The translations under genes and the position numbers were made by a program. A stretch of DNA of 64,000 bases, taken from assembly GCF_009914755.1 (NCBI RefSeq), contig NC_060925.1; one strand, given 5' to 3'. Origin of the DNA: the human T2T-CHM13v2.0 reference genome, Homo sapiens. The notes beneath the pieces are model-generated. The model saw nothing but the letters and a program-made list of their open reading frames with translations, was not told the origin of the DNA and made no database searches. Shown here one piece after another: positions 31,500 to 49,849 of the stretch. Positions within the stretch are counted from its first letter, which is position 1; every line of letters starts with the position of its first letter.

Positions 31500-31720
31500 G
31501 AGGCAGTAGTATAATGCAAGGTCTAAAGACTGTGAGGTCACACAGGCTGGGTTCAAAACTCAGCCCTGACATTTACATAGCGGGTGATCTCAGTGAGTTA
31601 TTCAACCTCTCGGAGGGCCAGTTTTGTCATTCATAAAATAAGTGATCCTTAGGGCTGAATAAGCTAATATGAATAAACTATTTAATACATATAAGCATTC
31701 AGTAAGTGGTACTTATTATT
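31500..31720 (+). mobile_element. MIR
   Basis: ctgggttcaaaactcagc...gtgagttattcaacctctc. Confidence 0.7.
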
Positions 31721-32725
31721 TTCCGAGATAGTAAAGCAATTCCGCCGTTTTTACTATAAAAGCTTCAACATGATAAGTTACGCTTTTAAAAAAACCTTTT
31801 TCTTATAAATAAACTAATTATTAATACCTCTGCTTTTTAATATGGAAAGATCCTCTATTAAGGGCTTCTAAATAAGCCAACTGTTAGATTAAGAACTTAA
31901 ATCTCAATTCAGGTATCATTTGTTAATTTGTTCAGTTGATGAAATTATTCGTCTCATCATGGAAGCCAATTAAATTAATGCGTCTGTTTTACCTATAATT
32001 TTAAAAGAAAAAAAGGTCTAGAAAGAGCAGAAACACTTTCCTTACCCAGGCTCTTATTATCAATTTAAGTTGACTCAGACCCAACGTAGGAAAGGCTGGG
32101 AAGTGAAAGGGTGCTGACCCAGGGTTAAAGAGGGGTGGGAAGCTGGGGGAAGGGTTTCCGTCTTGGAAAAGACCAAAACAAGAGCTTCCACGGAAGTAAA
32201 GATTCATGCAGGAAAGGCCTGGAAACCTGACCATTAAGTGGAGGGCTCCCGTGGTCCTAATCCCCCGATGGTGACTGATAACCCCCATTGTGTTCGGGCC
32301 TAGTGCTTCCGGGCAGGAAACCCCAGCCTCTGTACCAGGGATAAGGCAGGCTGGGAGCAGGCCTGGTGAGGGCATCTCACTGCCACTTCCTTCTCTCAAG
32401 GAGGGTCGGGGTCAGGCTCCCTTTCCCAGGACCTCAGAGTTCTGAGAGGTCAGGGCTGGTGTGGGCTGCTGTGGAATCAGGCCTCTTCTGTGTGGAGGTC
32501 AGCCCTTAAAGCCAGGCCTGGGGATTGGGGTGAGGTGGCCCATGAAGGGAGGGATATGAGGAGGTTGAGGGAGGAGGAGTGAGGGAGAAGATAAGAATTG
32601 GAAGATTCATAAGGTGGCTTATGTTAGGGTGACATAGTGATGTCAAAGGTCAGCACAGAAAGGGATTTGAGTGTTGGGCTAGGAAAACTCTCTCTTCCCT
32701 GTACTGTAATTTTTTTCGGATTTAA

Positions 32726-33122
<397 letters not shown>

Positions 33123-33168
33123 TGAAGATCAAAATTTGATTATAACTCCTTTTAAAAATCACATTATA

Positions 33169-33470
33169 AGGCCGGGCACAGTGGCTCGTGCCTGTAATCT
33201 CAGCACTTTGGGAGGTCAAGATGGGCAGATCACCTGAGGTCGGGAGTTTGAGACCAGCCTGACCAACATGGAGAAACCCTGTCTCTACTAATACAAAATT
33301 ACCCAGGCTTGGTGGTGCATGCCTATCATCCCAGCTACTCCGGAGGCTGAGGCAGGAGAATCGCTTGAACCTGGAGGAAGAGGTTGTGGTGAGCTGAAAT
33401 CGCACCATTGCACTCCAGCCTGGGCAACAAGAGTGAAACTCTGTCTCAAAAAAAAAAAAAGAAAAAAAGA
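33169..33470 (+). mobile_element. Alu (AluSp-like)
   Basis: gaggtcgggagttt, accaacatggagaaacc and ggcaacaagagtg diagnostics. Confidence 0.92.
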
Positions 33471-33851
33471 AAAATCAAATTATTGCTTTTTCTGATTAGA
33501 AAATGTATATATAGTTACTGTAGAAAATTTGAAAAAAAATTTAATCACAAAGAAGAAAATTAAAACTACCTACACTCTTACCACATGGAAATAACTATGG
33601 TTAATGTATTAATGTATCTTCTTCCAGATATTTTTGTATGCATAAATGTATGTACATTATTGGGATAATACTCTACTTTGTAACCAGCCTTTTCCCCTGG
33701 ACAATATATCAAAAATATGTTTTTATGTCCTGTGGTATTCTTATACAACTGGATTTTTAATGGCTAAGTATTCTGTCATATGTGTTTTCATAATTTATTT
33801 AACCAACCCCTTTCACTGCATATTCAGGAATTACCATTTTTCCCCCCTTAA

Positions 33852-34157
<306 letters not shown>

Positions 34158-34324
34158 TAAAACAAAGATGAGGCATTACTGTGACAATTATTCAAAAGGT
34201 TCTACATTCAAACAAAATTCTGAGGAGTTTGAAAGGCCATCTTAATGCAGCTCTCAGGCCTCCCTTCAGGCTTGCAGAGCACTCAGCCACCTGACTCTGA
34301 CCCAGGACTTGGCACCATGGAGCA

Positions 34325-35051
34325 TGATATTGTTTGTATGTTTGTCTCCACCCAAATCTCATGTTGAATTGTAATCCCCAGTATTAGAGGTGGGGCCTGG
34401 TGGGAGGTGATTGGATCCTGGGGGGTGGATTTCTCATGAATAGTTTAGCACCATCCCATTGGTGCTGTCCCTGAAATGGTGAGTTACTTCTTGTGAGATC
34501 TGGCTGTTTCAAAGTGTGTGGCACCTCACTTTCTTGCTCCTGCTCTGGCCATGTGATGTGCCTGCCTCCTCTTCGCCTTCTTCCATGACTGCATGCTTCT
34601 AGAGGCCTCCCCAGAAGCTGAGCAGATGCCAGCATCATGCTTCCTGTGAAGCATACAGAGTCGTGAGCCAGTTAAACCTCTTTTCTTTATAAATTATCCA
34701 GTCTCAGGTGTTTTTGTTTGTGTTTGTTTGTTTGAGACAGAGTCTCACTCTGTCACCAGGCTGGAGTGCAGTGGCGCGATCTCGTCTCACTGCAACTTCT
34801 GACTCCCTGGTTCAAGCGATTCTCCTGCCTCAGCCTCCTGAGTAGCTGGGACTACAGGCATGTGCCACCATGCCTAGCTAATTTTTGTATTTTTAGTAGA
34901 GATAGGATTTCATCATGTTGGCCAGGATGATCTTGATCTCTTGACCTCATGATCTGCCCGCCTTAGCCTCCCAAAGTGCTGGGATTACAGGCGTGAGCCA
35001 CCATGCCTGGCCAGGTGTTTCTTTATAGCACTGAAAGAACAGCCTACTACA
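34325..35051 (+). mobile_element. Solo MST LTR (MSTA-like) containing a minus-strand Alu (34714-35011)
   Basis: tgatattgtttg...cccaaatctcatgttgaattgtaatcccca ... ctactaca; 5-bp TSD gagca at 34320-34324 and 35052-35056; Alu TSD caggtgttt. Confidence 0.9.
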
Positions 35052-35164
35052 GAGCATTTATTCATTCAATTGGCTCATATTTTTTGAGCAGCTACTATTT
35101 CAAGAGCAGAGGCTACAACCTCCAGAGTATTCATGGAGATTGTATAGAGAAAGCTTAGGATCCT

Positions 35165-35378
35165 AGGATCCTGGAGTCAGATTGCTTGCTGTGGTCCCAA
35201 GAAGTTTACCATATGATTTTGGGCAAGTAACTTTACCACTCCGAGCCTCATTCTCTTCATCTGTGATGTGAGCATAATGGTACCTACCTCATGGATTGTT
35301 GTGGAAATTAAGTGAGATAATGCTTGCAAAGGTTTCGTACAATGTCTGGTGCATACTAAGTGCTCTAACTATTATTAT
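35165..35378 (+). mobile_element. MIR
   Basis: ctggagtcagattgc...ttgggcaagtaacttta...cctacctcatggattgttgtg. Confidence 0.75.
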
Positions 35379-35803
35379 TAGCTTTAACACTGCCCTCCTG
35401 CTGTTATTACTGAAGTTTTGTTCATCTGAAGCTCTAGAGCCATCTCTCCATAATGCTAAACCTCTTTATTGCCTACACTTCAAATAATTCTACTCTTTTC
35501 TTGCCAGCAGCTTAATTGAGACAACTGTCTGATCTATAATCACTTGAGCGGTACACACCATCAAGGAAAAAGGAAACACTCAGTTAACAGATAAAAATAC
35601 AGAGTTCAGCAGTTAGCCTTCCACACTACAAGAGATACTTGATTAGTCTTGAAACTTAGAGTCAACAAAACACAATTGCTTAAGTTTACTCTGGACAAAC
35701 AGTTTCCTCAGCGAGGAAAAATCACGTTCCCTCAAGTTCTATTGACATTTTGAAACTCTAAACCCTCCAGTTACTCTTCTACAAATCACATCTGCTGGGA
35801 CCC

Positions 35804-36712
<909 letters not shown>

Positions 36713-37082
36713 GACCCACGCGCTCACTGCATCACTGATGCTGAGCAGGAATGGTGGGAGGAGCACAGAATGCCTCCTCCCAATCAGGGTATTTTCAGTC
36801 TCTTCTGTGGTGAGAAACTTTTTGAGGATCCAGGATTTCAAAGCAAAGAGGCGCTGAGGCCAACATTGAAATGGTTGCTCCACCCTTTCCACTCCTCCTC
36901 CTACAAAATTCCACAGCTTGGTCTCCACATTTCATTCTTATTCCTTGACAGGGATACAACACTACACTAACCTTTTTTGGCTATAACTTGTGTCATGTAA
37001 ACGGCAAAATGCTGGTGAATACTGTGCTACCTGGAATGGAGATTTGCAAGGTGCTAATGGGGAAATTAAAATTACAGCCTGA

Positions 37083-38943
<1,861 letters not shown>

Positions 38944-39949
38944 TTACAGCGTGAAATCGCAAGGGGCTTCAAGATAGTTTAAAATCCTCTCCACTATTTA
39001 CCCCATCTTTAAAAAATGCTTCAGACTGTGGGAAAACTAAAGTGGCTCTCTGTAATTCCTGGATATGGCAATTGAGTAGGAAATGTGGCTTTGAGGGGAC
39101 CAAATTTAGAAGTAATTGAAGAGGCAGCACCATCTAACTGATGGAGAATCCGACTGGATTTTCTGTTCCTTCATCCATTGAGCTGGCTTGACACTTCCCT
39201 TCTCAGTGCTTTTGTTTGATTTTTTGTAAAATGAGAGTCACGCTACTAGATAATCTCCAGAGACCTGTATAAGAGTCTATGAAATTTTTTTTAGATGTTG
39301 AAATATTTTTAGACTTTGCACAATTATTAAATGTATTGAGATACCTGATAAATATATTTATTAATAAAATGGTATAGGCAAAGAGCATAGACAGATGATT
39401 CATAAGAAAAAATACACATAATTAATGAACATTTCCAAAGGTCACTTTTACTAATAATCACAATTTTCTACTTATCCCAACAATACATATTTTTTAAAAA
39501 CAGTTCACACTAAAGAGTCATATGCAGAGTGTTGAGATAATCTTGTTTGCTTGGAAGGTCATGGAGATGCAGATAAACCTCCAAATCCAGCAGGGTCTAA
39601 GCAGGATGGGGACCTGATTTTTTGCAGCCTGCTCCACCCATTGACTTTTGTGATGGACTCGGTTAGTTTTGTCTGCCTGCTTTCTGGGTCCTTTTCTTCT
39701 ACTGTCAGCACTCCCCAGGTAGCCACTCATCCCCAACTCTCAGGCCATTTGTTTTGTGAATGCTGGGCAACACCGCCCCCACCACCCCCATCGACTCCAG
39801 TAGAATTTAATTCTTGGGCTTTGGTCAGAATGATCAGGAAAGCGACATTCCTTTCTGCTAGCACTAATAGCTTTAAGAATGCACAGGCCAGGAGTTGCTG
39901 TGCTGCGACGAGAGGGCCTGACTGAAAAGAAAACCAACACAAGGAAAGC

Positions 39950-40837
39950 TGTAGGGATATAGGACAAACCAAAGTGTTTTTTCCTACCCTCTACTCTCAC
40001 ACAGTCACTCAGTATAATACTTCAGACACCAGATGTGGGGGTGGTCTTCCCCCACACACCAAGCAATCCTGCAGATGATTCTCTGATGGATACAAGTTGA
40101 GTGTCTTCAAATCAAATTCTATTCTATTCTCACACTGTCTTCCTGAAGATAGCAAGAGATCCCACAGGTTGAGGGCTCAGTCCCATGACACTGCCCCCAC
40201 TTCAGAATGCCAGTTGCAAGTGTAGGATGTGACCAGTGTTTCTGACCAACCAGCTATAAACTGGGGTGTTCCCAACCCCTTCCTTGGGTTCCGTTAATTT
40301 GCCAAGCGGCTCACAGAACTCAGGGAAACAGTTTACTTACATCGAGCCATTTATTATATAGTATATTACAAAGGATACAGATGAACAGCCAGGTGAAGAG
40401 ATGCACAGGGCAAGGAAAGTGGGAGGGAACCTGGAGCTTTCATGTCTTCTCTGGGTGCCTTACCCTCCAGGCACCTCCATGTGTTCAGCTATCTGCAAGT
40501 TCCCAGAACTCAGTCCTTTGGGGTTTATATGTAAGCTTCATTACATATAATGATTCAATCGTGATTAAATTATTGGTCACTGGTTTATCAACCCAACCTT
40601 CAGTCCCTCCCCACTCCCCAGAGGTCAGGAGGTGTGGGGTAGAAAGCTCCACCCCGCTAATCACATGGCTGGTTTCTCTGGCCACCAGCCCCCATTCTGA
40701 GGCTATCTGGGAGCCCCAGCTACCAGTCATCTCATTAATATACAAAAGACACTCATCACTCAGGAGATTTCAAGGATTTGGGGAGCTTTATGTCAGGAAA
40801 CAGGACAATGAGCAAAAATATATTTCAAAATATTACA
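39950..40837 (-). mobile_element. Solo LTR (MER21-like)
   Basis: TG...CA ends; atcccacaggttgagggctcagtccca and gctcacagaactcagggaaaca motifs; 5-bp TSD aaagc at 39945-39949 and 40838-40842. Confidence 0.85.
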
Positions 40838-41454
40838 AAAGCAAAGCCTAGAGGGTCAAGTCCTGATGACTTCATATGAGTTCTTGGATCCAGTCATGCC
40901 TGAAGATGGTCCTATCCATAGACGTTTTATGTCATTATTTTTGAAGTAATATAATATACAGAGTATTAAAAGCCAAATAATATTACAACATCTACAAACT
41001 GCAACAACAGAAGTCTCCTGCCTATTCCTTCCCACCCCTTTTGTCTTCCTCTTTAGTGTTTTCTGCTACTTTATATTGTGTTTATCTCCATATATCTAAC
41101 CAATAAGGCTATCCTGCTATTTCTCAGATCAATACTTCTCATATGTTCCCTCATGACTTTCTTTGTGGAAGAAAAGGATTTAGCACTATTTTCTCACTAA
41201 CTATCCCTCACCCAACTTCATCTTTCTAAAATAGATATTTTACAATTTTTTGTTAAATTACTATTTAGTTTTCATCTTATTATGAGGTGTTAGGTGATTA
41301 CATTTTCTTCTATTACTGTTGTTCTTTCTGTAAGTAATAATTGCCTCCCTTTGCTCATTTTTTTATTGACTGTCATGATTTCTTTCTACACTCACAAAAG
41401 CCTTTTAAAACTCTGAATCAATTTCCTTTTTTAGTTAAACATCTGATATTCTTG

Positions 41455-41750
<296 letters not shown>

Positions 41751-42940
41751 TAGGGACATTCTCTCCTGAAGCTTTTCATTTCCTGCTTCAATCAGACTAG
41801 CTGACTTCTAGGCCTGCTGCAAGATTTCCTTGATGTTATCTTCCAACCCTTCTTGTGGTTGATGCTACTGTGTTCATCAAAGCAGATCCTTCTTCCTGAG
41901 TACAAAGCTAGACTATGTCAGTTTTAGCTGATGGAATGTGAGCAGAAATGATTCCTGTCACTTACAGGCCTGGTCCATAAAAGCCTCTCAGGGAGATTCA
42001 CTTTGTCTTCTCCTGTTGAGATGTCCAGGGCGATCTTGGAAGCTACATGTTAAAGATGGCAGGGTCTTTGTCAGTGGAGCTCCTAACAACTTTGTGGAGT
42101 CCTACCCCACTCTACTGTCTTTTTCCACTGATTGGACTTAAATGAATAAGAAATAATTTGCTAGCTTTCTATTCTGTAATGGTTCCTTTTTATAGCATCC
42201 AGTTCTTATTTCAATAATGTAACAATATTTGTTACCTCTTTGAGGACATTGAAGATTGTTGTGGAGTTTTTGTGGTTATTGTTTGTTTGTTTTGCTTCCG
42301 GCATTGTGTGTTTCCTCTGAGTTCTTTTTGGCACCTACCTGTTTGGATCACTCTTTCACATTGAGTTTTTCCTCAAGTATATGAGTATCATCATTGACTT
42401 CTGACCATATTTGAGAGTGAGGTATTGAAAAGCTGATTAAAAGCTATGTGACCATGGGTGGGGTTTGTTGCCTGGTTAATCTTCATTACAGAGATAAAGT
42501 GGCTGGCTGGGTTTTTCCATTTGAGAATATCATCTCAGTATCATTAGGGCTTTTCTACGCCACTGGCCAGTCTTCTTAGAGAAGGATTCTTCAGTCTTCT
42601 GCCCAGGCTCTGTAGACCTGACTGCTGGGTTCTCTGAGCTGATCAGGAAAATGGTTGAAGTTCTCCCCATTCAGAATGTGGAATTGCCTGTTTTTGGAAG
42701 ACTCTTTCCACTGTTTTTCTGTTTTCAGTTGCCTGCCCTGGACCTCTTTGCTACATCTGGTGTTTTGGGTCTGAAACCTCTCTGGTTAAAGTTTACTCCA
42801 CAGTAAACCTTCGGTCCCCTGGCAGGGTTGGGGAGAGATGCGTACCTCTCAATGTTCCTGTTTCAGACCCACGTCTCCTTTTGTCCGCAGTGTTCTGCGG
42901 TGTGAATGGGCTTGCTTCTCCTTTGAATTCTCTTTTAAGA

Positions 42941-43291
42941 ATGTTGGGGCGCACCACTCAGATGGCCCCCTTTTGATGGAGGTCTCATTTCCCAGCTGCT
43001 AGGAGTATTGGCTGATGACATTCCTAGGAATTGACCATGGATGATGGGAACTGCCACATCCAAAGTTATCCCAAGGCCTAAGCCCCTTGCCTTAATTTGG
43101 GACCACTCTGAAGGGCTTCCTATGAGGTCTTCTGCGACTGTGCTGTGACTCCATCTCAGCTCCACCTGTCTCTACTCAGTCCTGCTTCTTTCACTCCCCA
43201 ACAGGTGACGTACCCAAGAGCTCTGCCCAGTAAACTTCCAGCACCAGATTTCCATCTCTGGGTCTGTTTCACTGGGAACCGAATCAAAGAC
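42941..43291 (+). mobile_element. ERVL-type LTR (LTR16-like)
   Basis: 3' motif agtaaacttcc...tccatctctgggtctgtttc...gggaacc...aagaca. Confidence 0.55.
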
Positions 43292-44100
43292 ACCTTTCAG
43301 TCTCTAGCTGTTTCATCTCATTTTAATATTCCAAAAACATATTGGTATTTTTCATCTGCTATTATCTCCTCTCCTATATTGATTGACTTCACGAGTGTAT
43401 ACCTATTTTCCTTCTTCTGTTCTCATTTTATTGATATTTCTACAAGGCATCTGGCTTAAACATATGTGTTAAATCTGTTGTTTGACCAGAAGTCTGGAAA
43501 CATATTAATAACACCATAGAACACATAACAAATCCTTCTAGCTTCATATAGGTCATGTGAGAATTACTAAAACTAACTCCCTTTTATGGACACTATTTGA
43601 GATGGAGTATTAGAGAGTAAGAGACTGTAGGGTAAATATGCCAGATCCAGACCGCCAATGGAAAAGCTAGAGAGCAGTCCCCATACTTTCCTGGATTACC
43701 CCCTCCCCTACCCCAAGCTATGCTCCCTCTCCTTCCTGGGGGTGGCGGGGGGTGGGCACTGAATCCCCACCAAGCTCTGAGCCTGCTCTCTTTCTCTCCA
43801 GGCCTTCGCAGATGCTGCTTTCACAGCCTGGAATGTCCTTTCTTCATTTCACCTGACCAAGTCCTTTTAACCTTCCAGAACCCAGCACAGAGCATCATTA
43901 ACCCCTCACACTCAGCACTGGGTCAGGTACCTCCCTTGTGCATTTAAAGTACCCCACTCCTGCATTCATAACAACGCTTAATATACCAGAATTGTCACTG
44001 CCTGTGACTTTGACCTCCTTGAGCACAAGAACCGAACATTTTTCTTTTTAGAGCTAGTACTTCTCACAGTACTTGACAGATGTTTAAAAGTGGCTGTAGA

Positions 44101-44557
<457 letters not shown>

Positions 44558-44769
44558 CTAAACCTTGGTGAACTAGTTCCCAGAAATAGTAGAGTAAAGG
44601 AGGTGGTCCAGCCAGTTGTTACTGATCTGGATTGGCAGAAATGGAAGAAAAGATGCCAGAGTAGCAATGGAGTATTGATGCAGAAAAGGCAGAGAAGGGA
44701 ATCCGTATGTAAAAATACCAGCCTGAAGCTGCAAAAAGCTACAAACAAGAACCTCCCTAAGAGCTTATC

Positions 44770-45005
44770 ATACCAACAATAAGAAGCACTACTACTAACG
44801 CTTATATCTTAGGGACTTTTTACAGTTCTGTGATGTTGTAGCTCATTTTATCTTTACAACAGTCTTATGAGTTGGGTGCTTATTCATATTTTATAGATGA
44901 GGAAACTGAGGCACAGGAAACTTACCCAAGTCGATTCAGCTAGGAAGTGGCAATGCCGGAGTCTAAATCCAGACAGTCTAAATTTGGCATCCATGCTCTC
45001 AACCA
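44770..45005 (-). mobile_element. MIR
   Basis: attttatagatgaggaaactgaggcacag core. Confidence 0.8.
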
Positions 45006-48000
45006 TGACAAGAGAAAAGCTGCCTCCCCTCTCATTTCCTGATCTCACCGATTCACCACCTACCCCAAGTTGCTAGAAAAACAATTCATCTTTTTTGATA
45101 GAAGAATATTCCTGTCAAGGCAGGATTCCCAGCTGTATTTGGTCTCATAGCTCAGGTAGAACAAAAGTGAGGTGAGGAAGAGAGCTGGGAGGGAGAAAGG
45201 CCCAGTGTCTGGGATGGTCCTTATATCCCCTTCCCTTGACAAACACATTCCCAGAAAGAATCAGTATAGAGGAAAAAGGGAGAGAACAGAAAAACTGCAG
45301 ATAGGTCCAACTGACTGTCCCTCCCTGGAGAGTGGTCCCCTCCAGGCCTGGTGGCAGGCACTCTGTGGCCTGCATTCCAAAGATGGGCTTTGGTTTTTGG
45401 ACCCAGGAAGAAGGGGCCAATATGCATCAGGGATCAAGTCAGAGTCAGTGACTCAGCCCACACAAGGCCCAGAGGTTCAGTAACACATCACAAGATGCTG
45501 AGACATGTCTCAAACACTTGCCAGCTGAGTCCATCTGGAACATGAGTTCTGAGCAGAAAAGAGCAGGGAGATGAGGGGAGGAGCCCTGGATGTGCTAGTC
45601 AGTGAGAACTGACTCAGAGGTGACTTCCAAGGCCAACCTGGGGTGATCTGGCTGAGTCTCGGACCAGTCTCAAGTGCTGTGGAAGGTCATGAGAGTGGCA
45701 AGGCTGAACCTCAAGACCAGTTTCCCAAGCAGGGAGGAGAGGGTGACTCCAACACTGCCTAGCCTCTCCCATGCCGTCCCTTTCTGGTCTCACTCAGGCC
45801 AGGGAGGACTGTTTTCCCAGGATGGCCCACCCTGAAATGTAGGAGGCAAAAGAAAGGAGCGCTATCAAAAATCCCTGGGGCAGTCTTGTTGCCACTTCTC
45901 TGAATCCTTTCAAAGGAAAAGAGCTCATAAGCAAGGCCATGAAATTGTTCCCACTTGTATAAGCAGAATTCTCACACTTGTGACTATTGAGCTTGTGATG
46001 TGAAATTACTTGTTCCATGTCTGTCTTTCCCACCGGGCAGTAACTGTTACCAGGGAAGGGACCAGGCTGGTCTTGTTCACTTGTGCCTAGGAGAGTGCCT
46101 GGTACACAGCTGGTGCTCAACACATATGTGTTGGGTGATAAACTGTGCATGGACGCTGGTCTTCTTCTAGCCCTTAGTTAGGAATTAGTATGAACAAGAC
46201 CTCTTCCCACCCTTCTTTACCGGACCAGCCTGCAGATGCTCTTGCTCCCCTCTCCCCCGTCCACCAGGGCCTCATTTTGCATTTGCAGAGCCGGCAATTA
46301 AAACTCCCCCAGAAACTTTCTAAGAGCCAGAGGCCAGGTCACGTGGCTTGGGCCACCGCATGGAGCCTGGGCCTCCTCTGGCCCCAGTTGCAGCTCAGGT
46401 GTCAGAGGCTGGGCTGGGGGTGGGGGCTGGACTGGGAGGGCAAGATTTCTAGGAATCACTGGGGGCCTGAATTACTCAGATGAAGAATTTGAGAAGTTGA
46501 TTCAGCTTTTGGGAGGAAATGTCAGTAACTAGGGGAAAAACAACTGGGATGAAGGGCGAGCTCCCTGGCTATGGGAAAGTGTGCTGGCTCCAAGTCAAAC
46601 TGGCTCTCATCCAGATTTTTATTTCTGGTGTTTGGTGGTTACATAAAAAAAGCTTATAAACTTAACTCCAGTTAGAAAAAAATACAACTATTTCTAATAT
46701 TGATCCTGGATAATCCCTTCAAACCTGTCAGGGAGACCACCCGGTGTGAAGGGAGGTGGGGGCCCAGTAGGTGACAACTTAGGGAGGGCTGGGGCCAAGG
46801 AGGCTCTGGGGCTGCTTGATTTGGAACAGCACCTTCTCCATGCAGGATGCCTGTTTTACTGGTCACCTGGCTGCTTCCTATAGGATTTTAAGGACCAAGG
46901 GACAAAAAGTTAATGTACAGGCGTGCAGCCTCCAGCAGTGATTCCTAGCCTTTCTAGAGTGCTCCCATGCTCACATTTGTATCTGATATTTGGTGACTCT
47001 TCCTCTCTGGGCAGAAATAATAGGTTAGTGTATATTTTTCAAGTGGAAATGAATTAAAATAATTTTATCAGATTGATAAAAGCATGACAAATACCAAATA
47101 GAGGAATTAACGAAGTATATGAATGGACAGTTCACTATAGGAAAACAAATGCCAAATGAATGTGTGCAAAGATGTTCATCCCCAACAGTCGCCAAAGAAA
47201 TGCAATCAAAACAAGGTACTATTTTGTGACTTTCAGATTAAAAGGACTAGAAAGAAATAATATCGTTTTTCAGTTTTAACTCTTGGAAGACCAGCAAGTC
47301 AACTGGAAGACCACTAGGCCTGAGGCCTCAGTCCGATGACTGGTCACCATATTCTCATATAAAAAGCATAGAGAGACAGAGTTCTTCCCAAATGCCTACA
47401 ATAACCAGTTAGAAAATACAATGGGAAAAAAATTCCTTTCACAATAGCAACAACAACAACAAAATTTTAAATGCCCAGGAATTAATAAATTAATATAACA
47501 AGAAATGAGGAAGCTAGATAAAGAAAGCATTCTGCCTTACTGAGAGACAAGGACATCAAAAGAGGGGCACATCTAAAAATATCCGGATGAGTTAAAGATT
47601 TCATTGTAAAATATCAAATTGTAAAAGTCCTAGAGGAAAAGCTAGGTAATTATGTAATTATGAGATAGGGGAGACTTTCTGTGGATGATCCCAAAAGCAG
47701 AAACCATTAGCGAAAAGTTGGATAAATATGACCTATATAAAAATTTTTAAAGATATGTTGATGAACAGCATAAACCAAACTAAAAGGCAAATAACAAACT
47801 TATAAGTACTCAGAAATTTTCTCAATGTTAGCAGAAAACATGCTGCTGGCGTTGCATTTTGTTATAGAATGTTCATTAACATCTATTCTAAAGGAGTGTT
47901 TTTGGGGAAAGTGTCAGTAAGATGTGGTTTCAGTTCTTAATTCACAACAGCACATAATTCTGTGGGCCTTCTTCCAGTTCCTCAAAAACTACCAAGATCT

Positions 48001-48626
48001 TTTGGTTCTGACATCCTCTACATTTGCTGTTGTCTTTGCTTAAAAAGTAAATATGTCCTTTCTCACCCCATGGGCAGCCATGTCTCATGCTTCAGACTTG
48101 GGCACAAATGATGCCTTCTCAGAGAGGCTTACTTTAACCAGTCTAACTCAAGACATTCCTTACTCTTTATCCCACCAATATGTGCATTTTCTTTATAGCA
48201 TTTATCAAAACCACACCTTGTAAATATAAACATATTTGTTCATTTGTGACTAGGCCTCCTCTGAAAGAGAGTAAGGCCATAAGGGCGGCTCAGGAAGACT
48301 CCTGCCTGTTCACAGGCATAGAGCAGTACTTGGTAGAGTAAAGTACAGCTGGCACAGGTCAGGCAGGCAACACTCATTTGTGGGACAATGAATAGGCACT
48401 CATCTGGTGTTGGAAGAGTAAGGGAAAATGAAACAGAGCTGCTCCCCTCCTAAAGGATTGGTTGCTTGAATGAATGGATGAATTAATGAACAGAGTTGGA
48501 TAAGCCTCTCATGACAGTATTCTGTAAGGATTGTCACCCCATGTTTTGTCTCTCCTAAAGACCAGAACCTTGACTTGAATCAAGAGTCTTTGTCAAACTT
48601 AAACTTTATCTAACTTCAATCAAGTA

Positions 48627-48945
48627 CAGATGCTCCTCAGCTTATGATGGGGTTATGTCCCAATAAACCCACTGTACATTTTAAAAGATCATAAATTGAA
48701 GATACGTTTAATACACCCAACCTACTGAACATCATAGCTTAGCCTTGCCTACCTTAAACACAATCAGAACATGCACATCAGCCTACAGTTGGGCAAAATC
48801 ATCTAACACAGAGCCTATTTTATACTAATGCTACAATAAATAATTTTGAATCAAAATTCAAAATTCGAAGTATGGTTTTTACTGAATGTGTATTGCTTTT
48901 GTACCATTGTAAAGTAGAAAATTCATAAGTTAGGGACTGTCAGTG
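48627..48945 (+). mobile_element. Tigger3-like (Tc1/mariner) non-autonomous DNA transposon
   Basis: TA followed by cagatgctcctcagcttatgatggggttatgtcccaataaaccca...; cctactgaacatcatagcttagcct. Confidence 0.75.
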
Positions 48946-49849
48946 TCTTGAATCCGGCTGTCATTATCTAACTGAAGTCTACCCTAGTCAATACCCAAAG
49001 CCCAGCTCCAGAACACAGGGGACCACCAAAACAAGGAAGCAAAATTCAACAAAGAAATTATCGAAAAGGACTTTCACTTGTTCCTTGTGTCTCTTGACAT
49101 TCAAGGGAGTCTAATTTATAACCCTGTGGGACTTTTCATATCCTCTCTTCTCTACCCCAATCCCCTGCCCACCCCACAAGAATCTAGACTCATCTAGATT
49201 TTTCTTTACCAATTTTCCCATCCCCTTCTCACCCAACACCCCCATTCCCAACCCCACCTCCAACACTGTTCCTTGTCCTTTCTTGCTTCCTGGCTATTCA
49301 CTAGGACTTGATCCCTTTCTAAACACTTTTCTTCCCTCCACCATCTGATCTGAGTCCCTTGTGTCTTCAGAACTTCAGAGCCCAGTAGTCTTTACCAAAG
49401 TCTGGGAGTAAGTCTGACTGAGACATTCTCTTGGGAACGTGGGGGTGGGAGTAGGAGAAAAGTGATCTGGAAATTCTTGAAATCTCTTTGGTGGTCTGGG
49501 GTGTGAGAAAGGGGGAGAGAAGAGGCATCTCGCTATCTCTCATCAGTAAAATGCCTGCATCCCCAACCTCTTCTCTGACCTCCCTCCATTGCTGCTCTGC
49601 CTGCTCCTGGGCTGTGTCCTGACACTCAGCTGCTCTTGGGGTTGTTGATCCTGCCACACCCTCTACCACAGAGCACTGTTTCTCATGAGGCTGTAACAAC
49701 ACCAGCTCTGAAGCCCATGATATCAGATGATACACCAACTAGCCCACCTTGTTACAGCCTGGTCCCACCCCTTCACCCCTCATTCCTTGTGGGTCCCTCT
49801 CACTCATTATTCCTGCGATAGACTGGCTTTCTCCTGTCCTCCATCATCA

